From Epithemia pelagica (Eukaryota; Protista; Bacillariophyta): a DNA stretch of 64,000 nucleotides. Made by a program: the position numbers and the translations under genes. The stretch lies in NCBI GenBank assembly GCA_946965045.2, contig OX337234.1:1798001-1862000 (forward strand), given 5' to 3'. The first letter of the stretch is position 1, and each line of letters starts with the position of its first letter. Positions 25,968 to 38,520 of the stretch are shown piece after piece. The notes under the pieces were generated by a model. That model made no database searches. It was not told the DNA's origin and worked only from the letters and a program-made list of their open reading frames with translations.

Positions 25968-26107
25968 TGCTAAAATTTCGCGGTAAATCAAAACTATAAT
26001 ATCTTTCACATCTACTTGGGAACTTTCACACATTCGCTAATTCCCTCACATTTTGGCGACGTGGCTCGCCCGGCTATTTTAGCCGTTTGGCACCCGTTAT
26101 TTCAACA
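25968..26107 (-). repeat. 5' LTR of Copia-1
   Basis: Identical to 19578-19717 except one base (CGCTAATT vs CGCTTATT). Confidence 0.97.
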
Positions 26108-26789
26108 CTTATTGAGGTCATTTTTGGTAGAGATTGTTGGATTGTTGGAGATGATGGTCTCCTTACAGTAGTTTTTTCATCCTTTTCTAGCTAATGGTCA
26201 TGCATAAGTGGTAGCTCGGGCCCTCCTCCCCCGTATCCTCGACTCGTTCGACCAGCACACATGAGAAGCTGGGCCATATTGGGGAGAAGGCAGTGAAAGA
26301 GACAGCGAAGAAGCTCGGGCAGAAGCTTACCACAACGACAATGGAGAAATGTGCAGCTTGTGCGGCTACTAGCCCGAGACAGGGCGAGAACTGATCCACT
26401 CTCCCTCAGCCAGTGGGGCCAGCGGTTGTTGTCCAATGTTTGACAACTCCAAGATTCTTAGTCTTTTGTTCATGACAAAAGCAAGCACCACCACACGATA
26501 AAAGATCCCGCTTCCTGCGGTATATCATCGTCATCAGTCTTTGCCGACTCACCATGCCACTGGCATTTTGTCTCGTCGTGAATAATTAGTAAATATACTT
26601 TAGTAGCTGAAGGTGGACGAGGAGGAGCTAGGGTGTGAAGAGTGGCTTGAACGATGAGAAAGGCAATAGCTTCTCGTCGTGGCCTGCCCTCCGGAGATCC
26701 GCGTTGCCCTTCCCATATGTGATCAGTCAGTTGCAAACACATCAAACCTTGGGATGGTAGTTTCTCTTGTCGTCTACAATTCTTCGATG

Positions 26790-27125
26790 AGAACCGCAGC
26801 TCGGGCTGCTCCGACATCGTGTGCTGGTCAAGGTATCTGCTGAGGACTTCCTTGAGGACGGCGGTGAAGGCTCGGAAAAGGGGAAGCGACCGAGTGTGCC
26901 AGTCGTCAAAGATGCTTCGATGGTATTTCGACAAGGTGACTACTTCTTGGTTTTTGCAGAGCGTGAGGGAGCGGGTCATTGTCGCGATAAGGGATGGAAC
27001 TGCCATGCTGCTTGCGTTCTGTATGCCAATGCCTCCGAGGTGGTCTCGCATGGAGGTGATGTACAGCGCATGATTGGGGATGGGGTCGGGGTGGTCCAAC
27101 TGTTGTTGGAGGAAGTGCATTTGTA
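26790..27125 (-). mobile_element. Non-LTR retrotransposon relic (post-RT region)
   Basis: ALYITSMRDHLGGIGIQNASSMAVPSLIATMTRSL resembles the LP.R.GGLG....A..AF.AS motif C-terminal to the RT of RLE-type LINEs. Confidence 0.5.
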
Positions 27126-27126
27126 G

Positions 27127-27400
27127 ATTGGCAACTTTGGTGGTAACAACAGATTCCCAAAGGGGATGAAGCTGTTGGCCGTTGCAATGCTGAGGGACAA
27201 CGTCTGCCCAAGGACATGGACAATTTTGTCTAAAGATGTTGCAGAAATGGCAGGACACTCTCTGCAAACACATGAAGAATTTTATACAACGGCAATGAAG
27301 AATGCATCGGAAGTGCGTTATCAGAAATTCCATGAGGTGATTGGGGACACTGCAGTTGTGGAACAAGACTATGCGATTCCACGAGCACAGTTTCAGCACC
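27127..27400 (+). pseudogene. Possible tyrosine-recombinase C-terminal fragment
   Basis: VAEMAGHSLQTHEEFY resembles the A..MGHS..T...Y box; the upstream HxxR is not seen. Confidence 0.35.
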
Positions 27401-28560
27401 TCTGATTGACGATGTTATGTTCAGGCCATGAGGTGATTGGGGACACTGTGGTTGTGGAACAAGACTATATAATTCCACAAGCATAGTTTAAGCACCTCCG
27501 ATTGACGATGATATGTTCACGCCAGAGAAGAAACTCGCGAGTGTGTAATAAAACAAAACCTCGATATATTTCATCTCAAGAATCCCTTCCACTACGACAC
27601 TTCCATTTTTATAAAGGCACTGTCCAACCAGAAACATCTCCTTGGATCTTGCAAAGTCATCGTATACCATGAAGCTCAGGATATGATAGTGCAACAGGTG
27701 GAAGGAACCACGAAGACTTGATGGAAAGCCCGGTCGATAGTGTGTCCGGAGATCTGTGGTACGGCATCCAACATGGCACAGGAAGAGCTAGACTGGTAGA
27801 TCTGTGGTATGGCATCCAACATGGCACAGGAAGAACTAGACTGGTTTTGAACAATGGCCAAATATTGAAGCCTCTGCTCAGGCTGGGTTGGGAGCCGCAA
27901 CACATGCTCTCTGTTCATCTCTGGTGGTGGAGAAAGAAAAGACGTGCGACAAGAAGAGAAGTGTTGTATCTGGTAATCTGTTTCTAGGAAATCGTGAGAA
28001 ATGAAGAGCCCTTCGCAAACAGAACTCAGTTAGCGCAGTTGGATGTATACTGTATTGAAGGAATTAAGGATTTTCTGGAGCAAGAGTATCCTAGGTTTCA
28101 GATTGTGTCGTCGTAGCCACTCTGTCGTCTTGTAGCAACACTTCCCCACTGGTAGGAGACCGGGGCACGCATGCACTGTATGGTGCTGTTGATTGTTTTT
28201 GGCGGCAGTGACTCCCCTTTGGGGAGGTCTTGAGACATCCGGGGAACTCTGAGTCGGAATAGTTTGCACTGGTCCAGAGATATTTGATTAGGTGCTTCTT
28301 CTTTCCTCCTCGGGTATCATTTCCTTTTGAGTCTTGGTAGCCCCTGGGCCAGGGTTTGTCGCAGGAAACAAATCCGTACGGTCAACGTGGAGGGGAAGTC
28401 CTTTGGACTCTTTGAATATCTGAAGAAATACATTCTTCGGCTGTCCACGTTTGCAAACGCGGCAGCGACACACAAAAGATTAGTAAGCTCCTGATGGCCA
28501 TCCCTTTTGACCTTGTTCTTGCTGAAGGTACAATAGTACTGAGAGCCCTTCGCCATTGCT

Positions 28561-29025
28561 TCATTCCAAACCATCTCCCGAAGAAGGCCCTGTGTTTCTC
28601 ATTGCAGGGTGAGGTTTTTGCAGCTGGCAACAGCCAGCTTGTGCATGTGCATTGCTCATTCTTGGGCGATTCCATAGTCCAAGTGAACCATATTTTGATG
28701 CAATATAAAGCTTGTACAGATGATGCCGGGTGGCATGATGGTGTCCATGGTTGTGTTTATTGGCTTCAGCTCCGGTGGTTTGAAGGGTTACCTTGTAGGT
28801 AACACCATCACACGGTGGAAAGCCACAATCATCACAAATCAAGTTGTTATTTGTCTTGTTGATGAAGGATGATACAACACCAGGAAACTTAGAGTCTTCG
28901 TCTTTCTTTTCATTTTCAGCATCTTCAGATGGTGTTTCTCCATTGACATCTTTCTTTCCCTCTTCCCCATCTTTCTTGATGGTATCATTCACATCTGATT
29001 CTATGAGAATGGAGACCCAAGACAC
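28561..29025 (-). pseudogene. Cys-rich unknown gene fragment
   Basis: Acidic low-complexity stretch followed by ICDDCGFPPC...RHHLYKLYIASKYGSLGLWNRPR. Confidence 0.35.
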
Positions 29026-30429
29026 CCAGCAGGTTGCTGAGGAAGATTACTGAGGAAGAGAAAGTGGACACTACCGAAACTGAATTGGTATCCACGGATT
29101 CTGCTCCAACGTCACCGGAAGAAGATAACAAGGACACTCCTCCCGAGCCCGAACCTAAGACAGATAAGTCTGAATGTTAGGTGCATGGCCAACATTGCCA
29201 AATATACAACAGGCAATTCCGGCCGCTTACCAGATGCCAGCACTTGAATCTACAATAGAGCACGAGTTGGCTGAAGTGTTGAGCTAAGTTTTCCGTGTAG
29301 ACTACCGCAACGACCTTGAATCTACTGGCAATCCGTTCGACTGTACAGGCACTCATGTATTGGTATCAAACGTTGGGACAGTAGGTCGGGCTCGAACGGG
29401 GGGCCGTGTTCAAATCTTAAACTATGTGGCGCCCGGCCCCGACGAGCAGTGGAGTGATCGTGATCAAGCTGGAGTTGTCGCCCGTGTTACCAAGGCAAGA
29501 GTATGTGAGGACGAACAGCGGGCAGTTGGTACAGCGAGGCTTGAACAGCGTTGAAGTACTTGAAATGGCCTGCCAAATGGACGAGACCTGTGATTCCGCA
29601 GGAGGGCCCCCGACTAAACCACTTAGAACATTGACCTTGTTCACTAAGTTATTCAACTGCTTGTTCTGTTCACTACTTGCTCCGATGTAACTTGTCCTAA
29701 CTGGGCAATGTGAAAAAGGGATGGCAAGTACAGATGGACCAAAATAATCATTAATCTCTAGCAATAATTGTTTCTATCTCCTACTTTTTGTGACTTCGGA
29801 AGGTAGAAACTATATTGTTGGATTGTCTTTCTCCATTTTTGCGGTCTCAGTCCAAGTCTGTATCATCCAAGCCTCGTCCATCCATCCCAAACCCATTACT
29901 TCTCTCCAAAAGGTATGGAAGAACCTCCCCCATCTCCGCCCCCCCCCCCGAAGAAGTGGACCCCAAACCATCTCCGACACCTGTGCCCCCCCCAGAAGTG
30001 CACCCCAAACCATCTCCGACACCTGTGGCGACAAGCCTGCACACCGTTGGAACATCAAGATGACTCCACCAATGCATGAGCATCAACATTGACCCCGGCG
30101 CACTCGATGTCATTTGAGCTTCGCATCCCATCGAGGGCTATAATGACCCTTTTCGTTCCCGGATGTTCGATGAGCTCTACTGCTTCATCTGACTTGCGAG
30201 GAAGCCCATGGTTTCGTGAACAGCCCATCACACTCATTGGTCTTCATCGAGGTTGATCCCAATTTTTTGGCTTCGCAATTGGTGCTGGTTCCTAAGGATT
30301 GGGTGGTCTTGTTGTTTTTGCCGTCGGGGTGGACGCGTCCTGCTCTCCCCCAGGTCCAATGGATTACTGTCACCCACAAACAATGTGGCGGTATTACCTT
30401 GGTCTGAGTCAATGTGGGGAGACGCAACA

Positions 30430-30600
30430 TCCTCTCTTTCCCACATACCGACCATCACGGGTTATGTACCCCTTCGTTGCACGTATAGCTTGAATGTCAT
30501 GCTCGAAAAACAGCCGGGGGTCACAAAAGTGTCTAAAATCCAAACCATTTTGTTGTATGAGGTCAACTACATCATTTTGAGTGTGAATTTTGGCACAAAA
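30430..30600 (+). mobile_element. Non-LTR (LINE) RT relic, diatom type
   Basis: IPTITGYVPLRCTYSLNVMLEKQPGVTKVSKIQTILLYEVNY matches the LNVMLEK.PG...V.KLR.ILL.EAD motif. Confidence 0.65.
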
Positions 30601-32403
30601 AGCAAAAACCAGGTAAGTTACCAGCAAATTATGGGTGACACAGCTATGCCACTGAAGGGTGAAGGTAATGTCTGAAGGGTGAAGGTAATGTCTGAAGGGT
30701 GAAGGAAATGTCACCTATGATCGCATGTTGATTTTGGGAAATATCAGCAATTCAAGTGGGAATGTTTTGCATTACTCTTCAAAGAAAAAACTATTTCAGT
30801 CAATGTTTTATCTAATGCTCCCATCCCTTTGCAGATTCACTCCTCTCACATTGCAGGGTCAGACAATCACAACGCAGATGTGTTGTCCCGCCCATCCCTG
30901 GCACCTAAGTGGGACTCCGTTATAAAGTAGCCACGGCCTCCCTTGGATAACTGCTCCATCACTGCTCGTCCATTCCAAGCCCACCCTTGGCCGCCAGCCC
31001 CCTAACCGTGGCAACAAACGAGCTCCCACTGCCATGCCACCCGGCAAGCCAAACCATCCCACAGCTATGGAGAAAAAAGCCTTCCAACTGGACCACATTT
31101 GTAAACTTTCATCATTGGTCAGGGATGTGAGTAGTTCGATTGAGTATTCATATCAGACAGCCCACCGGTGAAAGTGGTGGGCTCTAGAATCCACAGTGTT
31201 ATCTTTATTTCCGTGGTTGCGGGAAACTTGTTTGTGAGGAGTAAAAGAGTCGAGAGAAGTTTTTGCAGCACTTGGTAGGCGGTGCACCATGGTGATGGTC
31301 GACGGGTCAAGGGGCTGAGGACTACTGGGGCCGGCTTGGAACGTCAGAAATGATATGCTATCCAAAGTTGTGAGTAAGACTTCTTGTAGATATTCACGCC
31401 GTGTGTCTCTGTGACTAGCGGGTAATGGATAGCTTGGTCACCAGCCAGCGGGTGGTAGGGGATCAGTCCTTTGTTAGACATGGGTGTGTGGGCAAAGATC
31501 GAAGAGGTTAATGGACAGATTGCGTAGCTCATCATTTTGACCTTATAGACTTGGGGTAAAAATCGAAGACGTTGATGAACAGATTGAGTAGTTTATCATT
31601 TTGACCTTATAGACTTGGGGTTCCCGCGGGCAATGATCACACTTTCTGGGCAGCCCCGGCCTCGAAGAGCTTCCATTCACATGACATGTCACAGTTGGTA
31701 CTAATTGTCAGCTGCAAAATCCCATATTTCGTGGGAAGTACTAGAAATGCTTGCTTAGACCATGCTTGAGACTTTGCCAAAGTTTGCCCAGCGAGGATTG
31801 GTTCCAGGACTTGGGATAGTCCACAGCAGATTTTTGTTTTGTCGCACATACATAAGGCTGGTCGGTCGCAAGTTCTCCTTCCACACATACATGACACATT
31901 CAAGTAATCCCTAGTCAGACGTTCATTCAAAACAATGAGACCAAGGAAAAATGAAACAATCGAACATTGATTTCTTGTTAGCAGTGCAAGATGATCTCGG
32001 ACGAACCGTGACTTATCACAGAAATCTTACGCAACAGGAGGTCCTCCTGACTCTTTTCCGTGGCCGGATGCCGTTCCTTCGGGCCATTACATCCAGCGAC
32101 TGGAAGGAGATTTCAACAAAGAAACAGAAGGGAGTCAACAATGGGTGAAACAATTGCGTACTGCACGTTGTGCTTCTACGTAAAACAATCATTGACAAGA
32201 CACAGGAGAGACTAAGACTCAAAAGAAGCTCACATTACTTGAAGAAAAAATGCCAACGTAGCAGACCTGATTGAGTGGAAATTTTTTTGCTCCGCACTAC
32301 CTTTTTACGAGCTCGTAATCCTCCGCACTTGCTCCCGCCACCGTCGTGGGCAATATATGGCTATATTAGACGAAATCCTACTACTTCCATTCCGAGGAGC
32401 TAT

Positions 32404-32493
32404 AGTAGTATTAATAATTCCCAGTGTCGAGTCCTTTCAAGAAGGGACCACCCGGCGCGGAGGGTAGAATGACGAGGAGGGCAATGGTCGAGG
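32404..32493 (+). mobile_element. Fragment 1 of a second copy of the 59031-59419 mini-element (opposite orientation)
   Basis: 85/90 nt identical to the reverse complement of 59330-59419, starting with the same terminal AGTAG. Confidence 0.9.
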
Positions 32494-33319
32494 TGGAGTT
32501 AGTTCTCTACACTAATGAGATCCAATGCCAGCTCCTTCTCAAGCATTTTCTTCTTCTTGAGTAGGGTCTCATGCTCTTGTTTTTTCTTCTTCTTGGGTAG
32601 GGTCTCATGCTCTTGTCTTGAGACTTTGATGTCATGTCCATTCAAAAATGCGGAGCATCGACCAGAAGCTTTCTCCAAAAGGCTTGCGACATAGACCACA
32701 AGCCACCCCAAAGGGGGTCACAAGTATTTCATCTTAACAAGTTTCTAAAATACAAGCCCAGCTGATGGTTAGTTTGCCTTGATAGAAATGACACAAGATT
32801 TGGTTCTACATCCGCGACCTCCCGGAACAACAGAAATGTGCTGACAATGGTACCATCAACACTGTGATAGTTGTATTGCTCTCGTGTGGTTTCGAATATT
32901 TCTGACTCGGGGTGAAGAATTCCCCGTTGGGAGGTGAGAACACATCTCGCTCGACATCTGACTGATTAAGCAGCTCCAGCAACATCTCTGGGACGTGCAC
33001 CACCATCGAGTACACGTCGGCAAAAGGGGGGACAGTGGTAGCTGCTTGGCCGAGTAGGACAGTGGTAGCTGCTTGGCCGAGAAGGATGAGTTCTCGGCAG
33101 TAGTCTGAATGAAATACATCGATGCATCGTCGTTGTCTTCTCCCACATGCAAGTGCATATTGATGATGTCACCGGGAACTATACTTGGAGTACATACCTA
33201 GGTCATAAAAAATAGATTTTGTCATGCAATAAGGTGTGATAAATCTCCTCTGATTTGATACAATAGAACAAGGTATTCTTATGCATGCAAGTGCTTATTG
33301 ATGATGTCACTGAGAACTA

Positions 33320-33640
33320 TACTAGGAGTACATCAACATAACCATACATGTTCTTGAGGATGGTGTCGTTGTGTATAATGTCCACAGTGGACTGATTGTC
33401 TAAGAGTATCCAATCGGGGGAAATATTAGACTGCATGGCAGAAAAAGAGACACCCCCTAGGATCAAAGGAGTTGAACTCCTCTTCTTCTTTGGGGGACTC
33501 CATAGCTTCATGATATACATCTTGTTCGACATCAATTTTGTGATCTAAGACACCAGATTCCCATAAGGCATCACTAGTTAACACTACAGTGGGTAGCGTA
33601 TGTAGCTCTTCGTCTGTAGGAGGATGCATAGGCATCCTAA
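33320..33640 (-). mobile_element. Chimeric Copia relics
   Basis: MHPPTDEELHTLPTVVLTSDALWESGVLD (CoDi post-protease motif) is fused to PDWILLDNQSTVDII (Copia protease motif). Confidence 0.7.
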
Positions 33641-34289
33641 ATAATCCTTGGTAACATTGGGTAGAGCTTCACGTTGCGCGCACGCATGGTGTGCCACCGT
33701 GATCCTCGTATGAGGAAACATTCATCTTTGAAGCTTTTTCATTCTTCCAAAAAACACAAACGACGACAGGTGGAAACAAGCTTGGAAGATCCCAACAACA
33801 ATGGTACCCCGTAAGATCTCAAACCAGAAGATGGTACAAACTAATAGAACAAGAATGGTAAGATCAGTAATTGTTCTAAAGATTGGGAGGATGCAGAGAC
33901 GCTGGACCTTCTTGTGCGAGGAGGTCAAATTCCAAAACTTGCAGGCGTCCGAAACATTGATCATCACTACCAAACCAAGTGCATTTGTATCAACTTGCAA
34001 TGGGCGACACTATACACCCTGCCTGCTTTTGAAGGCATGTTCCCTACCTTTGTCCCCCATTATGGGGAACCCACGGGGATACAACCTCTATTTCCGCATT
34101 GGCCCTGATACCTTTACATTAGATGAAGAGAAACTCCGGTTCTACCCGGGCTTTCCCACCGAACTGCTCCCCCCACCAGTCGCAGCAGCAAATCCACCAC
34201 GTCCGCAGTGCCTTGGTTGAGCGTGTCACGGGTAGCGGGAGCAAAGGAGCGCAAGTTACGGGGGGAGGGAGGCGGCGGAATCTTGATAC

Positions 34290-34890
34290 TGTCGGCTAGG
34301 TGAGTTCTTGCGTGGTTGAAGCCGGCGAGGTAGCATGAGAGGTGTGCTTGGCATGAGAGGTGTGCTCTCAGTTCACCCGGTAGCGTGTAGTAGGAAGGGC
34401 TGTTTTTGCCCCGAAAATCATGTAAACGGGGATGATTAGGAAATGGCCGAGAACGCTAGCGAATGCAAGAGCGGCGGCGGGATTATATGTCACCCGGTGG
34501 AACGCGGCTTTTCTTCATTCTTGATCTATCCCCCAGGTTCCGAATGCACCTGGCGGCATTGGGGATTTCCAACACTCCCTCTCACTTTCAATTTTGCACC
34601 TTTGTGACTTACCAGCCTAGTATGCATTTGCGCAAGCGCGTGAGTGTGTCGAATCATGACACTGGTTTTGTGAGGTAGTCCGCGAGTTGGTTCGCAGGGT
34701 AGTCCGCGAGTTGGTCCGTGGGGTAGTCCGTCAGTTGGTCCGCGGATGCTTTTTTGTGGATCGCGATGCTCCCATTCTCGACATAGGACCTGAAGTGGTG
34801 CAGTTTGACATTCAAGTGTTTTGTCCTGGGTCGGAATGTGTAGACTTTTGCCATCTCGAGAGCCCCGCTGTTGTCCTCGAAGACTTTTCA
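34290..34890 (-). mobile_element. 5'-truncated Copia remnant: RNase H end, PPT and 285-bp 3' LTR
   Basis: VFEDNSGALEMAK..RPRTKHLNVKLHHFR..QLADYLTKP, with DQLADY triplicated. PPT complement CTCCCTCTCA at 34575. LTR TGTCGG...CCAACA spans 34290-34574. Confidence 0.88.
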
Positions 34891-34991
34891 GGTTTAATAT
34901 GAAAACTCGAAGCACTGTTCGAAAAATTCCTTTCAGATTTCAGATACTTAACAGAAATTGTTCTCTACATGAATTGCCGCGTGCCCTCTAT

Positions 34992-35072
34992 GCCCGACAA
35001 GACATATGCCCGTCGAGTCATTCTCCCGACAAGCCGGGCGCCCGACGAGGAAGGAATGAGAAAACACAGGGG
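34992..35072 (+). mobile_element. Fragment 2 of the second copy of the mini-element
   Basis: GCCCGACAAGACATATGCCCGTCGAGTCATTCTCCCGACAAGCCGGGCG matches the reverse complement of about 59240-59320. Confidence 0.85.
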
Positions 35073-35173
35073 AACAGACATTCAATCCCCTTGCTCACCA
35101 ACGCCAAGCTTTGGACGCCCGTACAGTATTGATTGCAACCTTACCACTCACAGACATTCAATCCCCTTGCTCA

Positions 35174-35622
35174 GGCTGTCCCAATACCATTTACAAAACC
35201 AAAACCGGGCTGCTGACGTCATCACACTTTCAATTTTGGCGGCAATATCTTCCCAATGGCATTTACCAAACCAAAACCAAAACCCGCGCTTTTCCCCCAA
35301 ATTCACTTTGATGCATTGACTACAAGAAAGCTCGACAGTAGGACATGAGTAGGACATATGCAGGTTCCCAGTCAGGGACCGTTGGAGGCGAACGCGCGCC
35401 ACACCCCACACCATCATTTCTGTAGGAGGCTTGTACACTGCTATGAATGTTATAATAACCTTAATGAAAATCATGCTTTTGAAGGTTTACCAAAACCGAG
35501 TCAAGGTTTTGTAACTCCCAAAGGTGAGAAAGAGATGAACCCGAAAATATGACGCAAAAATGACGTCAAATCCGGGTTTTGGGGGGTTCAGTTTTGGTTT
35601 TGTAAATGGTATTGGGACGGCC
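35174..35622. mobile_element. PIF/Harbinger (Tourist-like) MITE-1, 449 bp
   Basis: TIR of about 32 bp, GGC(T/C)GTCCCAATACCATTTACAAAACCAAAAC, with 1 mismatch. 3-bp TSD TCA at 35171-35173 and 35623-35625. No ORF. Confidence 0.92.
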
Positions 35623-36282
35623 TCACCAACCTCTCCGAGGCAACTTCCTGTCGATCACCCCACGTGGTTCACGAGTATACGGTTGAAACACGTCCACTCA
35701 ACTCTGTCCCCCTCCGCCTACATCCCGCTCCTTCGCCGCACCATGGAAGAACGTGGTCAGTTCACCTTCGACCGATGCATTTACCAGGACACAGACCAAC
35801 TCCCTCCTCACATGATCCAGTGGATGTTCCTTGGCATCGTAGCCCTGCATCCCGACCCTCCCTACCAACACTCGACGCAACACTCGACGCCCCTCCTATT
35901 CCCCAGAACTCCTCCACACCCCCAGTCACATTAACAACAACTGGCTGCGCCAAGTTTTACCTTATGCTGGTACTGACCATCGCAGCTCGTGGCAAGAAAA
36001 CAATCAACCACAGTGGCGCGGATGATTGTTCTGATCAGCCGAAATCATGGGTTTGGCGTTTTCCAATGCATCTCAAGACGTAGTACACCTTGTCGGAGAT
36101 TAGTAGGGAAGATTTTGTTTCATACCGAGCCTCATTCATTGAGGTTCGTGGCCCAAGTATGATTTCTGTTGTTGCCCAACTTTCTTCCACAGCAGCAAGT
36201 GTCTCCTCCATTTCTCCCATGTCTGATACAACAAACCATACCAACACTCAAGTCGAAGGGACATCTGCCTCCCTCCGATAAA

Positions 36283-36620
36283 GACAATGGCATGAACACA
36301 CCACCACCCTGTGGGACCTTCTCAATCACATTGGTGATTGGCCTAAACTCAAGAAATACCATGACAAAAAGGGTAATAGTCTCGAGACGAGCAATCTCCC
36401 TGGTCTATGGAAATGCCTTCGAGTTGTTGCAGAATCTGATGAACCAGGTAACGAGAAGGACAAGGACCTATTGTGTATCTCCAAACGAATGGTTGTTTGC
36501 CCTCAATGCTTCTCAAACCCCGTCAAACCTCTGTCAGAATGCACCATTGTGTGTGGTAGAGATGGATTATCCATTGGGCAGAACAAGCCTGGCAAGTGCA
36601 ATATGCATCCTGCCGAGCTA
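36283..36620 (+). pseudogene. Possible BED-like zinc-finger fragment between 90-bp direct repeats
   Basis: LWKCLRVV...MVVCPQCF...CNMH. Flanking repeats at about 36202-36290 and 36682-36770. Confidence 0.3.
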
Positions 36621-37449
36621 ATCTTGAACATGCCACTGGTCAGGCTGTTAGTGAATCTCTTCAAGGTTTTCCGTATTTTCTCTCCTCCATTTCTCCCATG
36701 TCTGAAACGACAAACCGTACCAACACTCAAGTCGAAGGGACCTCTGCCTCCCTCCAATCAAGACAATGGCCCAACATTGAATGAAGACCCAGTAGGCCTT
36801 TCTGTCATTGCCAATGAACAAAACAACGCAAACCCAGCCAACACTAATCAACAAGACCAAAGTACCTCTGCAGCCACTACCGAGCAAGTTGAAGGCACCC
36901 TACTGTCCCTAATCAAGCACCAGATAGAGCCTCTACAACCAATTCTTCCGAGCCCAACGCCTCGACCAATAATGACAATCCTGGGTTAGTAATATGAAAA
37001 ACAAAAGTATGCCTTCTGAGTTAGTAATATTGAAAACAAGAGTATGAATTGTGATACTTTATTGGATTGAATGGGTACAGATAGGTATGGTCCTTTTAGG
37101 GTTAGGAACACAACATGGCAGAGCATTTTATTGGATTGTTCTGTCACAAATCCCCTTCAAACTTTAAATGCAGGAGAGAATTAACAACAGATAGATAAAT
37201 GCTCAACTTCAACAACAAGGTCTTGAATTGTACTGACAACAGATGACATGCCATCATCTGCTGGTGGCATGATTGGTACAATCCCAAAAACAAGATAGAC
37301 ACAATGGTCTGTGGTACACAAGCAATATATGGTTTCAGTTTCAGAACCTTTTGAACCCAAAACAGCATTACCCTTTTGTCCAACATCCAGGCATTCCATG
37401 GTGATGGAAACTCTTTCTTCCTTATCCTTCCATCCAGTGTCTCTTGAAC

Positions 37450-38060
37450 ACAGACACAGGGATCATAGTTGCACATGTAGCATGTCTTGTGCTGTCCTAT
37501 CACAACAAGAGCTGAACTCTGACTGTAGTTGAATGGCAATGGGGTCTGATCCATATTTTGGATATGATAATCTTTGTGCCTACAGGTCTGTGATAATTTT
37601 GGTGTTGTTGTGGCTATCCAATCCAATAAGACTGTTATTTCTTCAAAGAGCTGCTTCACCAATTGAACAGAATCCTGACTTGTCCACCCATCAGATAAAA
37701 ACACAACCTCTGGTGGCAGTGCCTTTGTTCCAGCGCCGCAAGTAGGGGTAGCAAGCACCAATCTTCTTTCGAGTCACACAGTCCTTGGCTCGAAATGATT
37801 GATGAAGAGTTGGAATTGACTTGGTTCCACGTCAAACTTCTCATCTGTGCTGATTCATGAACGAGTGGCTTGCTCATAGTACTTTCATTCTTATTTTGTG
37901 CTGAAGTTGAGTTGCTGACCGATTCCAGCTCGGAGTGGGGTCCTGAGGAGGAATGGTCCTGGTCCTCCTCCTCCTGCTCCGCCACCACCGCCACATGCTG
38001 CTACTGCTGCAGCGGCAGCGGCTGCGTTAGCGGCAGCGTTTGCAATGGCTTGCTGGATTG
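37450..38060 (-). mobile_element. Copia gag relic
   Basis: Ala/Gly run, then GPFLLRTP...LNFSTK...KYYEQAT...EKFDVEPSQFQLFI read through stops; CoDi gag N-terminal pattern. Confidence 0.6.
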
Positions 38061-38214
38061 CATTTTCCAGTCGGAGCTCCAATTGTGAACAAAGAAGTTT
38101 GAAAATGTACCAATGGAGGACGACTCTAATATGGGTACACGGGGCCAATCTGCCAGTCTTAAGGAAGGCTTTGGGAGCAACCACATCAGTGGATAACTTC
38201 TTCACAGATGTTGT

Positions 38215-38520
38215 GATTATGAAGAGGCCAAGCAACGGGCTTTGGCTATTCGCTTCATTCGTGGCACCAACGAAATCCACAAAGGATATCTCAAGCACCT
38301 CCGTAACAGTCATCTAGATAACCATGACAACTACTCCAAGACAGTACATGCCGCGTTCAATATCCTTCAGAGACGTGAAGAGGACAATGTGGCGATTGTC
38401 CCTGAAAATGATGGGGTAGCCTTTGCTCAATCCTCATCCAACGGCCGTGACATGAGTCAAGTGATTTGCTACAATTGTGGAGGTCCTGGTCACTTTGCCA
38501 GGGACTGTCCACAACTGAAT
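38215..38520 (+). mobile_element. Copia gag relic with CCHC zinc knuckle
   Basis: ALAIRFIRG...YLKHLRNSHLDNHDNYSKTVHAAFNIL...CYNCGGPGHFARDC. Confidence 0.8.

Larger units (their letters stand above)
19578..26107 (-). mobile_element. Ty1/copia LTR retrotransposon of CoDi type (Copia-1), structurally complete, disabled
   Basis: Two 140-bp TG...CA LTRs, 139/140 identical. CTTA flanks both ends (CTTAT if the terminal T is counted). PPT present. Domain order gag-PR-INT-RT-RH. Confidence 0.97.

Noticed and set aside
19578-26107. Apparent paradox of 99.3% identical LTRs but many disabling lesions
   Set aside because: One mismatch in 140 bp is too small a sample, and a handful of lesions in 6.2 kb is compatible with it.
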